A stretch of DNA of 64,000 nucleotides from an uncultured virus (IMG/VR IMGVR_UViG_3300047678_000102) (Duplodnaviria; Heunggongvirae; Uroviricota; Caudoviricetes), in IMG/VR virus record IMGVR_UViG_3300047678_000102. One strand, 5' to 3'. Under the pieces are notes generated by a model. That model ran no database searches, was not told where the DNA came from, and saw only the letters and a list, made by a program, of their open reading frames with translations. Position numbers and translations under genes: made by a program. Shown piece after piece: positions 8,141 to 18,210 of the stretch (position 1 is the stretch's first letter; each line of letters starts with the position of its first letter).

Positions 8141-9325
8141 TTACTCCTTACATGGGGAGGGTTCTTTGCCCAGAAGGTGATCAATGATGTTGTTTGGAAG
8201 AATGTGTGCATCTCCAAACACATTCGTTCGATACATAAACCCCCGTAGTGATTCTGGCAGTCGTTTGATACCACTACCACAATATCCCCCATCCCAATTA
8301 GATGAAGTAGCATACAATGTGTGATAATTTTGAGCACGTAAAGTCTTTGGATCAATGACAAGTTCTTTGGTGTTTGGATAGAGATTGAGGGAAATCCATT
8401 TACACGATCCTTGCATTGGTCCAAACACCATAAGCAGAATCAAGTTTCGATCAACTTTGGTTGTGAGAGCAAAATCAGCATTTGTCCACTTGATGCGATT
8501 TTCGTTTTGACCATCCCCATCACATTCTGCACAATATCCCAGATCAGAACACATAGTGCATTTTGGTTCTGCGTTCATATGCTCGTCATATTCTTGTTCC
8601 GTCATCTGAGAAATATCTTCTTCGTATTCCTCTTGACTATACCCACAATTATCGCATTCATTGTGGTTACCAACCCATGCTTTGTTTTCACATGGGATGA
8701 TGACAGACCTGGGATACTTATCGTCAATGCGTTCCCAATCGTAGTTGTCTAGAAGGAATTGAAGTTCTGTATCTACAGAACGAGGGAGAAGATTCTTGAT
8801 TGCTTGATTACGGACCTTTTCCTTACCCGATGCAGTATCAGTGGTAAGGGCAATATCATCAACATTTCGTTGTTCGTTGGTATACTCCAACTTTCCTCGG
8901 GCCATGTTTGCCATCACTTGACGGCATTCACTCAGCATCTTGCCCGAGAGAACTGGTCGACCATCATCTTCATTGATGGGAAGATCTTCTCGGCACATCC
9001 AGAATCCGTAGCCGCACCGAGCCACGAGTGGGCCGAGGTATTCATTGTCATCTTCGATGTCGCAGATACCAACCATGTCATCCCAGTCATCACATGGGAC
9101 GCAGAAGAAGAGATCTTCGGAAAGGGGATTGAGTAGATCCCCCTTGTTGTCTGGGTGAGCACGAAGGATAGCGAAGGAGAGGGGGCAATCATCCGGTATT
9201 CCAACCATCAGAAAAACGTCTCCAGGCTGTGCTGGGCCGTTATTGGCCCTTTGGGCCGCTTTCGCCTTCTCGTAGCTCTGGACGGCCTGCTGCATCGCCT
9301 GGCGGACCTGTTCAAGCTTGTTCAT
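8141..9325 (-). CDS. Large mosaic hypothetical protein with Cys clusters
   Basis: 394-aa ORF; CxxC motifs; GC content drops partway through. Confidence 0.6.
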   Translation of the reverse strand: MNKLEQVRQAMQQAVQSYEKAKAAQRANNGPAQPGDVFLMVGIPDDCPLSFAILRAHPDNKGDLLNPLSEDLFFCVPCDDWDDMVGICDIEDDNEYLGPLVARCGYGFWMCREDLPINEDDGRPVLSGKMLSECRQVMANMARGKLEYTNEQRNVDDIALTTDTASGKEKVRNQAIKNLLPRSVDTELQFLLDNYDWERIDDKYPRSVIIPCENKAWVGNHNECDNCGYSQEEYEEDISQMTEQEYDEHMNAEPKCTMCSDLGYCAECDGDGQNENRIKWTNADFALTTKVDRNLILLMVFGPMQGSCKWISLNLYPNTKELVIDPKTLRAQNYHTLYATSSNWDGGYCGSGIKRLPESLRGFMYRTNVFGDAHILPNNIIDHLLGKEPSPCKE

Positions 9326-9355
9326 AAGTTTTGTGCTCAGTGGGGTTAGGAAATA

Positions 9356-9628
9356 TTACCAACCGCGTTTGTGATAATCGCGGTCCCAGTGGCGTTTCCG
9401 GGAGTACTCTTCCCAGTACTGGGCTTCTTCCTCTTCTTGATGATCAAACTCACCCATCTCTTGGCGAATCTCGTTCCACAACAATGCCTCTTCTTGCCAC
9501 CAGTAGGGATCATCATAGAGATCGTCGTAACATGACCCCTCAAGATCGATGTCCCCACTGTAGTCATCTTCGCAGTAGGTATCCCGATAGTCGTCACCGC
9601 AGGAGAAGTCGTCAAACTGTTCGTCCAT
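9356..9628 (-). CDS. Very acidic small protein
   Basis: AAGGAG RBS; D/E/Y-rich. Confidence 0.6.
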   Translation of the reverse strand: MDEQFDDFSCGDDYRDTYCEDDYSGDIDLEGSCYDDLYDDPYWWQEEALLWNEIRQEMGEFDHQEEEEAQYWEEYSRKRHWDRDYHKRGW

Positions 9629-9866
9629 CTTTTGACTCCTTTGGGTAGGTAAATAAAGAATTACTTTTTACACAACTCTTCGTATTTCGCGATGAGTTGT
9701 TCGTCCGATATATTTCCTTCTCTCCATTCTCGGACCAGTTTAGAGACTTCATCTCTCCATCGATAACATCGAAAGGACCATCCTTGCCCCAACAATTCGG
9801 TTACCGATTTCTTTGTGGGGATCATTTCTCCTCTCCTGTTAATCTAACCCGTCCGCCCGTTAATAA

Positions 9867-9895
9867 TTTGACGGTCTCAGTAGTGAGAGGGCTCT
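9867..9895 (-). promoter_or_regulatory. Phage early promoter copy 4
   Basis: Motif; spacer identical to copies 2 and 3, opposite strand. Confidence 0.85.
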
Positions 9896-9904
9896 TGAAA
9901 AAGA

Positions 9905-10288
9905 CTAACAGGGACTATCAGCAATCTTAGCCATCTCACACATCCAGTTTTGGATGTCTTGAATCAAACGACTATCGCGTCCATCAGTAAGTTTACCAGA
10001 GAACTGGTCTTGAAGATCTGCGACGCACTCTATTGGTCGTTTCTCATACCAAGTAGCATAAAAGCGAATTGCATCATGCTTCTCAAACAAGGATTTGATT
10101 GGGTCAAGACGATCCACATACTTGCGGTTCCAAGTTTGGACCCTCTTACTCTCATGATCACGAATAACCACACCATTACTGTCTTCCCAAACCCACTCTA
10201 CGTTACCTTCACAGATCTCACCAGTTTCGTCATGAGAAGCGACTACCGGACAACCGATAGAGAGGGAAAGACCATTACGATCATTCAT
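9905..10288 (-). CDS. Hypothetical protein
   Basis: AAGGAG RBS. Confidence 0.65.
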   Translation of the reverse strand: MNDRNGLSLSIGCPVVASHDETGEICEGNVEWVWEDSNGVVIRDHESKRVQTWNRKYVDRLDPIKSLFEKHDAIRFYATWYEKRPIECVADLQDQFSGKLTDGRDSRLIQDIQNWMCEMAKIADSPC

Positions 10289-10735
10289 TGCAAAACTCCT
10301 TATGTAATTTGGTTTGGGAAGATGTTTTTTGATTACTCTTCCAATAGGATCTCGGCCGCATCCAGTTCGATGAAGAGGGCTTCCAACTCATCCGAGTTGA
10401 TGATCCCGCGGCAGTATGCCTTGGTGATCAGCTCGCGTTCCTGCTTGAATCGCTCTTTCATGTTCATTCTCCTTAGTAGTTGTAAGATTCCACAGAAGCG
10501 CCGTTCTTCAACGCCTTCAATCCCTGATGCCAGTAGGTAATGTACTCTTCGATCAGCACCACGTCACGGCCTCTGGCGAGTTCTTTGCCAGCAGTCCCTG
10601 CCGAAACAAAGACCCTTCCTTCTTCTTTCATCTTGGTGGCTTCCCCAAGTTCCCACTGATACTCTTCAATCAACCGTTCGCGTGTCAGAGCCATTTTTCA
10701 ACCTTCTGGTTAGGGAAACTTCCGCCCGTTAATAG

Positions 10736-10764
10736 TTTGACGGTCTGATCAATGTTAAGGCTCT
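10736..10764 (-). promoter_or_regulatory. Phage early promoter copy 5
   Basis: AGAGCC-N16-CGTCAAA. Confidence 0.85.
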
Positions 10765-11845
10765 TGACAAGGTAGTCCTCACCCGTCTTTCCCAACCTCA
10801 TAAAGCTTTGTGAGTACAGGAGTTAGGCAAACTCTACCATACTGGTATTTCAATGCCACAGGTACAGCAAGAATCAGTTGAATTTGTGTAATCCTTATCG
10901 CCACATACTTATGACTTACCCATCGTGGTTTTAACCATTTCCTTGTGATATCTTCCAATCCTGGTCTGATGTTTAACACAATATTCTCTTTATGAAATGT
11001 TTCAGATTAGAAATCTGTGCTTGGCATCATCTTCTTCGCAGATTGATAAACCCGTTGTAACATCTCATTCATATCCCTTACGTCTTTTGGTCCACAGAAG
11101 TGAAGCATAACTTTGTCTTGGGCATCGAAGTGAAGGTTGGCACAACCATCCCACTTAACTGTGTCATGTAGGAAAATTGGTGCTTGATTAATGTCATCGG
11201 TAATGGTCATTTCGTCCAGATCTCTGCCATTGTACAGAACAACACCTTCTGAATCGATCCCATAGATGCTGTACACCTTCACATCAACATAACACTCGTT
11301 GCTACCGAGTGTTAGAACTGCAGCGTAATAAATGTCGGTCCAGACTTCACTTTTGTCATTGTTAGGATTCCTCTGTGTCAGCTTCAAATTGAACAATCCA
11401 CTCATTACCTTCTTTGTAGACACAGATATCCTCATCGAGATCATCACCATATTGGAGTTGCAGTTCTTTTCGCACCGCATCCCGCAACTCTAATGCCTCT
11501 TCTTTAGAAGCAAAGGAATATGCACGATACATCACTGAGGATTCCCCATCTGTATCGTCGAAGTCATCAGCGATGAGGTGATCTTCATACTTCTTCACAA
11601 GAGACGCAAATGTTTGGTTCATTTCATATTCTCCAAAGAAACAACCTCTGTCAGAGTGATGTTGCGGAAGATACCAGGAAGTTCCTTCTCAGTTTTGATC
11701 TGGGTATTGTACACTTGGAGAGCTTCTTCCTTTGTGTCACAAGGATACACTTCCCAGTGATAGTAGTGACCACCCCAGTAAGGGTCTTTCTTCAATTCTT
11801 CCCAGATCACTACAAAAGGTTGTTTCATCTTCCCTTCCCCAATAC

Positions 11846-11883
11846 AGAAGGGGTGTGGTAGTTACTGTTACCACACCCCTTCT
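11846..11883. terminator. Hairpin (terminator or processing stem)
   Basis: 15-bp stem AGAAGGGGTGTGGTA/TACCACACCCCTTCT; weak U-tract. Confidence 0.55.
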
Positions 11884-11884
11884 T

Positions 11885-12105
11885 GCCTCTTGATTTGGAG
11901 ACTCCCCGGCATGCAGTTGGTGTCATCGGCGATCCGGTATAACCGAAACCCTAAACCAACGCGGTGCCCACCAGGCTCTTATCTCCAGTGCGGTGTTAAT
12001 TCACCCTGGTTCGCCATAAGTAGAAAGATCAAAAACCAACTCGGTGGTTACTAACTCCTCACTTGCACATAAAGGAGTGTTCACCGCCGAGCGGTTCCCC
12101 CTCAC
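11885..12105 (-). ncRNA. Candidate structured non-coding RNA / 3' UTR
   Basis: No ORF; nested pairings GCTCGG/CCGAGT, ACTCCT/AGGAGT, TGGAGA/TCTCCA, GTTGGT/ACCAAC. Confidence 0.4.
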
Positions 12106-12108
12106 CGT

Positions 12109-12681
12109 CTACGACACCATCTTCAGGACGGCCTCGGCGGTGAAGCCGTTGAAGAAGTCGTACTTCTCGGAGTTCTCGAAGAAGTCGTTCATGGCGTCAT
12201 CCGGACGCAGGTAGCCAGGGACGTTGCCCTCCGCCACCAGGGTGCTACCGAGCCACAGACCGACGTGGGTCGTGGTCTCGAAGTCGCCCCGCTCATCCAT
12301 CAGAGTCCAGTTCTTTGCGGCCTGGGCCGGCAACTTGCCGTCGATGTGCTTGAAGTACTCCTTCTCGGCCTGCTGCGGATTCCACTCACCCACCAACTTG
12401 GCCTTCGCGACGACCACCTGATCGTGCTTGCGAACCATGTCCACGTGGGAGATCACCAACTTCTTTCCGGTCTTCTCGTCCTTCTTGTCCTCATAGGACA
12501 GAAAGGCATCCACGAACGTGGTGTGGCACGTTGCCTCCAACTTGGCCGCGACAGGCTTCTGACCGGCCACTTCCGGCTTTGCCTGGACACCCTTGATCTC
12601 GGTCGGGGTCGCCGAGACCTTACGCACGACCTTGTAACCACCGACGCTCGTCGTTGCAGTCGCCATTTTCACCGTCTCCAT
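12109..12681 (-). CDS. Hypothetical protein, GC-rich codons, internally duplicated small domain
   Basis: First gene after promoter 6; VVAKAKLVGEWNPQQAEKEYF vs LVAEGNVPGYLRPDDAMNDFF. Confidence 0.75.
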   Translation of the reverse strand: METVKMATATTSVGGYKVVRKVSATPTEIKGVQAKPEVAGQKPVAAKLEATCHTTFVDAFLSYEDKKDEKTGKKLVISHVDMVRKHDQVVVAKAKLVGEWNPQQAEKEYFKHIDGKLPAQAAKNWTLMDERGDFETTTHVGLWLGSTLVAEGNVPGYLRPDDAMNDFFENSEKYDFFNGFTAEAVLKMVS

Positions 12682-12740
12682 TTAGGGATAGTAGGAAAAT
12701 CCTTGGGGGTTTAACAACTTTATAACCCCACCGTTACAAG

Positions 12741-12769
12741 TTTGACGCTTCAGACAGTCTTAGGGCTTT
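12741..12769 (-). promoter_or_regulatory. Phage early promoter copy 6
   Basis: AAAGCC-N16-CGTCAAA. Confidence 0.85.
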
Positions 12770-13405
12770 TCTTACATCAACGTGGGTTAAATTAATCCAA
12801 CCGGGTATCAATGTAAACGGAGTCAATCTCAAACGGAGTCAGAACTGGCTGATTGTCTTCCATATCATTGTTGTTATAGAGTCGTTGAGGGAGTTCTCCA
12901 ACCAGAATATGATCGTAGATAGGGATTCCTTCTCCATCCCGATCAACCATGGTCACACTCATATCAAGCTGATCATCGCTCAACTCTTGGAGAGCGTTTA
13001 GTAGTTGACGATAAGAGAGGGGTCGCTGATTCATTACTTGACTCCTTTGGGATCAATTACCAGTTGTTGTGGACGTAATCTCCAGCTTTCTCCAGATTGA
13101 ACAACCAGCACAATCCGGCAATGGGATGGGCAATCATGTTGTGCCGAAGCATCAACAGCTTATGCCTGGGACGAATTTGCGTTTCCACCACCTTCATGAT
13201 CTTCTCGAACATTTAAGACTCCTTCTTTGTTTTCAGTTCATATCCATTTCGTTTCATATCTTCCCGTGCCGCTCGAAGCGACTCATGAGGTATTGCAGTA
13301 TTTGGTTGCTCACCATTTACTACTGTGCCCCAGGTTGGTTTCCCCATGAAGAGGAACCTAATAATGAAGTGCGCTTTGGCACTCCAAGGAGAATAGTACG
13401 GCCCT

Positions 13406-13687
13406 TCAGGAATCATAGACGGTATCCTCACAGTCACTCAATCTTTTGCTCACTTCTTGTCTCATCAACTTGTCAATGCCACACAGAGTTCGGTGACGAA
13501 TCCAAGTTGGGCCAATGCACATCACTTTTCTATATTTCCCAACTTCAATATGCCACCATTTAAGTTGTTCTTGTACCAGTATGATTGATCGAAGCCAAGC
13601 ACTAATCTCTCCACTTCCTTGATCTTCATACCAATCGGCAAGAACTCTTAATGGGACAGATCCTGTAAGGAAAGCATTGAGGATCAT
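13406..13687 (-). CDS. Small protein with N-terminal TIGR02996-like motif
   Basis: LRVLADWYEDQG..ISAWLR. Confidence 0.55.
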   Translation of the reverse strand: MILNAFLTGSVPLRVLADWYEDQGSGEISAWLRSIILVQEQLKWWHIEVGKYRKVMCIGPTWIRHRTLCGIDKLMRQEVSKRLSDCEDTVYDS

Positions 13688-14438
13688 ACTCTTGTGTCTA
13701 AATTCCTTTATGGCAAGAACATTTATCGTAGGTCAAACAGGAGTGCCCCAGAAGATTCAAAGCAACTTGGACCTTGGCCCCTTCATACTTACGAAGGAAT
13801 CCTTTTTTATCTCGATGGATACCATCTTTGCTTTGAAGGGAGTCAATATCACGATAGTGCTTCTGACGAAATTCCCATTCCTGTTTCATTTTGAATTCTC
13901 GTGAAGGGAAAAGGAGTGCTACTATTCTACCACACCAGTAGCATAGAGCACACTCTTGTTGTGGTATTTGATTAGGTTTCATTTTGAATTACTTATTTCC
14001 TTGATCCAATTCATCATCAAAAAGTTCTTGGAACGTCTCATCACCAAAATCATCGTAGTCGTCAAAATCGTCATCATCCGCATACTTATCCAAGAGTGTG
14101 TCAAGTTTGGCAATCAACCGTTCAATAACATCATATCGGTCTTTATGAGGCACACCGTTGAGATGTGTGTTTACTTGACCCATAATCTGATCAACAAAGT
14201 AGTTTGCCATTACTTCCTCTTTGTATTAACAAGAATGGAACCAACAATCAAGATAACTGTCAGTAATAGGAAAACTCCCAGAAAAACAAATACGAAGTCC
14301 TTATCCCAAATAAGAGTATCTAGCATTTCTTCACCCTTACTGCGATAGACAATAACCTTCTCAGTGGCGAAGAGCATAGTTTTACCCTTTCTTTGAGTTC
14401 GAAGAGATCTGAGACGATACTGATGTCTGTAGCACGAG

Positions 14439-14635
14439 TCAAATATCTAGTTTCTTGAAGAAGTTATACACTTTTTCATAAGTGGTTTCAATAGCATCAC
14501 AGCACCGCTTGCACACCAACAAACCGCGTTAGGATCGGTCCATCCTACCATATTACCGCGTTTATCTTTTGCGTATGCAAACCTTGTCCAGTTCTCTTCT
14601 TTCTCAATCAACTGCCAAACTTTCTTTTGAGACAT
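14439..14635 (-). pseudogene. DUF6197-like paralog with internal deletion and frameshift
   Basis: N-terminus ..AVCWCASGA in one frame; family C-terminus TYEKVYNFFKKLDI* in another; FND segment absent. Confidence 0.6.
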
Positions 14636-14863
14636 ATTAGATTCCAGTAGTTAAGAGGTCGATTTTACTTCTCTTTGTCTTGTCCACAATGGCAGCAGTA
14701 ACTACATTTAGTGCTCTTGCCTTCTTGTTTGGAATTACATTCACATTTCCTACAAGTGCAATACTGGTGACAATGACAACCAATGTAGGTGTCGGCATCA
14801 TATGTTTTTGAAGATGAACAACCAAGGCATAGCAGAACAACAATAGTAAACGTCTTTATGCTT

Positions 14864-15445
14864 TTACTCATCTGGATGATCTCCTCTACCACTGTCAAAA
14901 AGCTCCACTGTATCACCAGGAATAAATTCACCTTCATTTTCGATGATGTTTTTCATGATGGCTTCAACACGATCAAATTTATCTCTATACTGAAGACCAA
15001 ACTTTTCTGCTCTGCGGATACTGTTGTGGAAAGAAGATGGCCATCTGTACACTCCAAAATACTGATGAGACATGTTTTCACATTCAAAAGCAGATTCGAT
15101 CAAAACCATCTGGTCAACAGAAAAGATCCGCTTGAGAACGTCTTGAATGTTATGTTCGGTTGAGCGAATAACAGGTTCCCCATCCCAATCTAACTTATAT
15201 CCAATCTCGCTCATTGTCACATCATCATAAATACGAACATAACTCAACACACATGCTCCAAGAGCACACACTCCACAATTGTTTTCAATTAGATCTAAGT
15301 GATTTTGGGCGTTGTCTAATTGGCTGACAACTCTTTGTGAGCCAAGCGATCCTTTTAGATAGTGTCCTTGACGAAGAGTTAGAAACTCTAATCGGTCGAG
15401 GACGTCTTGCGCCACTGCGACCCGCATTTTATCTTGTTCGTCCAT
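14864..15445 (-). CDS. CxxCAxG family hypothetical protein (paralog 1 of 4)
   Basis: RVAVAQDVL..CGVCALGACVLSYVR..IESAFE..AIMKNIIENEGEFIP. Confidence 0.75.
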   Translation of the reverse strand: MDEQDKMRVAVAQDVLDRLEFLTLRQGHYLKGSLGSQRVVSQLDNAQNHLDLIENNCGVCALGACVLSYVRIYDDVTMSEIGYKLDWDGEPVIRSTEHNIQDVLKRIFSVDQMVLIESAFECENMSHQYFGVYRWPSSFHNSIRRAEKFGLQYRDKFDRVEAIMKNIIENEGEFIPGDTVELFDSGRGDHPDE

Positions 15446-15474
15446 TGTTTAAACTCCTTGAAAGAAATAGAAAG

Positions 15475-15634
15475 TATCCCTGGAGGGATTCGAACCCCCA
15501 ACCTACGCATTCTTCTTAAAAGTACTCCCGGTGGGATTCGAACCCACATAAGTCCAGTTACGGTACTTTGGGTAGAAACCAAAGCCGATACGGGAGTAGA
15601 AGTGCGTTGCTCTATCCAGTTGAGCTACAGGGAC
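15475..15634 (-). tRNA. tRNA-Arg(UCU) interrupted by an 86-nt insert in the anticodon loop
   Basis: Removing 15512-15597 gives a 74-nt cloverleaf: GTCCCTG/CAGGGAT, D-arm with A20, ACGCA-CTTCTAA-TGCGT, GGGGG-TTCGAAT-CCCTC. Confidence 0.85.
15523..15597 (-). ncRNA. Nested tRNA-like RNA (rewired D-arm, UCU anticodon)
   Basis: ACTCCCG/CGGGAGT acceptor; CTTTGG-TTTCTAC-CCAAAG arm; AACTGGA D-loop-like motif 3' of that arm; GTGGG-TTCGAAT-CCCAC T-arm. Confidence 0.8.
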
Positions 15635-15674
15635 ATAACGGACCTTTTATAGTGGTGTCCATCACTATTCCATC

Positions 15675-16064
15675 CTACTTCTCGCCGTTGGCGATTCGAG
15701 TGAGTTGCTTGAGGTGGAACAGGCAGATCTTGCGTGCTTTCACCAGAGCCTGACCATACAGTTTGTGCCCCCACTTCTTGGTGGGATTCTCAATCACCCA
15801 ACCAGCATAGATCGTACCTCGCCGGCAGGTGGATTGGGAGAACCCACGACCATTGTCATGCTTGGTGTCAGCCGATTGGCGTTCATCAGCGGTCTGGCGT
15901 TGGTAGAGCTTGACAATGGCCTTCTCGACGGCCTCCGGCTTGGCGAAGAGAAGGGTCTTGATCTCATCTTCAGTCCACACCTTCTCGGCCTTGACCGACA
16001 CAGGCACATGGCTCACAACCGTGGGCAGGTTGGTCGTAACGGAAAGAACTTTGACTTCCACCAT
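15675..16064 (-). CDS. Conserved phage hypothetical protein
   Basis: AIVKLYQRQTADE..T.HDNGRGFS; GC-rich; first gene after promoter 7. Confidence 0.75.
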   Translation of the reverse strand: MVEVKVLSVTTNLPTVVSHVPVSVKAEKVWTEDEIKTLLFAKPEAVEKAIVKLYQRQTADERQSADTKHDNGRGFSQSTCRRGTIYAGWVIENPTKKWGHKLYGQALVKARKICLFHLKQLTRIANGEK

Positions 16065-16115
16065 TTTACCGTCTCCTTGAATGAGTTTCCGTTTTAACGC
16101 TTCCGCCGTTAATAA

Positions 16116-16144
16116 TTTGACGGTTAAGACAGTGTAAGGGCTTT
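16116..16144 (-). promoter_or_regulatory. Phage early promoter copy 7
   Basis: AAAGCC-N16-CGTCAAA. Confidence 0.85.
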
Positions 16145-16160
16145 TGATAGGTCAATTATT

Positions 16161-16544
16161 TCACCATCGGTCTGTATAGAGGTTCTTTAGATTCTCATCT
16201 TTACATTCTTTTTCGTTGTCAAAAATCATAAGGAACTTGTTACCATCAGTTTGTGTGTCAACACATACCATAGTCAGTTCTTCTCCGCGATATACCCATT
16301 TTGGGAGAAACCGTTGGGTGTAGATAGGGCCACTATAAATATCTTTTCCCTCTTCGATTGATTTTTTGCAAAATGGGTAATGACTGTGCACACATGTTCC
16401 ATTATCTTCTTTGCCAACAATCATCCAGTAATGGGCAAGATTGTCCTCCATAGGAATAGATACCCAATCTTCTACATACCCAAAGTATTCGTGTATTTGT
16501 TTAGCAAGTCCAAAATACAACAGAATCTTGTTTTTGATGCTCAT
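16161..16544 (-). CDS. Conserved phage hypothetical protein
   Basis: IHEYFGYVEDW..VDTQTDGNKFLMIFDNEKE; overlapping start/stop chain. Confidence 0.7.
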   Translation of the reverse strand: MSIKNKILLYFGLAKQIHEYFGYVEDWVSIPMEDNLAHYWMIVGKEDNGTCVHSHYPFCKKSIEEGKDIYSGPIYTQRFLPKWVYRGEELTMVCVDTQTDGNKFLMIFDNEKECKDENLKNLYTDRW

Positions 16545-16827
16545 TATGAATTATCCTCCTCGTCTTCGTCTTCGGATTCAACTGCTTGAACAAGGAAGGT
16601 GTAGGAATGAGTATGTCCACCCATTCCTCCAGTTCGTTCATAACCATCAAAACTAACACTAATATGGCATGAAGATCTTTCCCATTCCTTAATTTTTCTA
16701 GAATGGCCGTCTTCGTCAATCTCAATCAACATGATTGCACGATCGTATGCTTCTTCGCATGCACGATCAAAATTTGATTCCTTCCGTATGATATCAAACT
16801 GCTCTTCAAACAGTATCTTCTCTGCCA

Positions 16828-17184
16828 TTACTTACTCCACTTCTCAACGAGTTGTTCTGAGAGATGATCCGCCCTACTACCCCGGCCCATCTTCCAACTC
16901 GAAACGTCAAAACACCCAGCAATGAATTCAAGTAACTGAAGACCATAGACACCACCAAGAGAATCAACAACCTTACCTTGAGAAGTGATTTGTTCTTTGG
17001 GATGTGATCCAGACTCATGAACTCGGGTGAATGCTGATACAAGATTCTTACTCAATCCGGCTTCCGTAAACTTCTTTGGATCGTAGATAGTATGCCCGTC
17101 CACAGAAGTAACAACTTTCTTCAAGACTTCCTTGTCCATTGTCTTAACTTCATTCCGCAACTTTTCATAATCCACTTTAGCCAT
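16828..17184 (-). CDS. Hypothetical protein
   Basis: TAATG coupling to next gene. Confidence 0.65.
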   Translation of the reverse strand: MAKVDYEKLRNEVKTMDKEVLKKVVTSVDGHTIYDPKKFTEAGLSKNLVSAFTRVHESGSHPKEQITSQGKVVDSLGGVYGLQLLEFIAGCFDVSSWKMGRGSRADHLSEQLVEKWSK

Positions 17185-17190
17185 TACAAC

Positions 17191-17637
17191 TTACTCCTTG
17201 AGAAGAAAGGACTCTTGTTCATACATGTTATCCAACAGACAATCATGAAGAGCATGCCGGCAATTTCCGCCGTTGCAGAACATAGTTATGAGGTTGGACA
17301 AAGTATGACTGACTTCTTGGTTTAGCACTGTGTGTTTTAGAACAAGTTTTCTTACCCAATCTAGGTAGTGTTTGGCATTGGCACATCGCAGATGTTGACT
17401 CCCTGCTTTCTTCTTACTCTTCCAGATGAGTCCATATGATTGTATCTTACTGTTTCCTTGGTTATATCCAACAGTGTTTCTCCACCCAGTTTGTCTCCAT
17501 GATTCTAACAACACACCAGCAAAGATACATGCATCTTTGGGGTTATCCCCATTACGAATAGCCACTTTGTACATATCAAGCGCTCTTTTGATTGTATCAT
17601 TTCCTGGTTTTACAACCGTCCAGATATGTGCTGACAT
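17191..17637 (-). CDS. Hypothetical protein, paralog of 24683..25210
   Basis: MSxHIW..Y.VA..NG..PK.ACIF.G...ES.RQ.G; C-terminal LHDCLLDN. Confidence 0.7.
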   Translation of the reverse strand: MSAHIWTVVKPGNDTIKRALDMYKVAIRNGDNPKDACIFAGVLLESWRQTGWRNTVGYNQGNSKIQSYGLIWKSKKKAGSQHLRCANAKHYLDWVRKLVLKHTVLNQEVSHTLSNLITMFCNGGNCRHALHDCLLDNMYEQESFLLKE

Positions 17638-17664
17638 TTTATTCCTTATGGGGTAGGGAAACCA

Positions 17665-18135
17665 TCATGTGGCGAAATCTAGATTATTATCGTCTTCATC
17701 ATCCTCATCCTCATTATTTTCATCTTTTTCGATCATAACACGATTTCCACAAACACACAAAACATTGTTATTATCATCAAAATCCAAGCTGTCCCCGTCG
17801 CACGATTGGTGGGAGGTTCCGCCACTATCACCGCACGAGTCTTGTGCCCAGAAATGCCCACACTTTGAACACCAAAACCCACTACCACCACAAGGGCACT
17901 CAATCCCCATCTTCTCGATATCGCGGTGATCACCAAACATGGTTTTCGAGTACGCGAGAAGAAGAACTTCTGAGGCATTACGAAGGAAGTCCGAGAATTT
18001 CTGAGCGCATTCTTGGTGAGAATCTCCACAGAACCCACAAGTTTCATTGATGTCTAGAGTGCCTGGCCCACAATGCGGAGCAACCCAGAATTGTTTAACG
18101 TCAGTTGGTGGTTGAAACGCTTTCTTTTTCGCCAT
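17665..18135 (-). CDS. Cys-rich zinc-binding hypothetical protein
   Basis: Several CxxC/CxC motifs; acidic tail. Confidence 0.65.
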   Translation of the reverse strand: MAKKKAFQPPTDVKQFWVAPHCGPGTLDINETCGFCGDSHQECAQKFSDFLRNASEVLLLAYSKTMFGDHRDIEKMGIECPCGGSGFWCSKCGHFWAQDSCGDSGGTSHQSCDGDSLDFDDNNNVLCVCGNRVMIEKDENNEDEDDEDDNNLDFAT

Positions 18136-18176
18136 GGTATTGATCCTTTTGAAACCATTTAATTCCCCGTTACAAG

Positions 18177-18205
18177 TTTGACGGTTTTATCATTGAAGGG
18201 GCTCT
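18177..18205 (-). promoter_or_regulatory. Phage early promoter copy 8
   Basis: AGAGCC-N16-CGTCAAA. Confidence 0.85.
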
Positions 18206-18210
18206 TCCTA

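Noticed and set aside
15512..15597. Group I intron or canonical BHB intron in tRNA-Arg
   Set aside because: Only 86 nt with no group I core, and the bulge is 2 nt rather than 3-4-3 geometry
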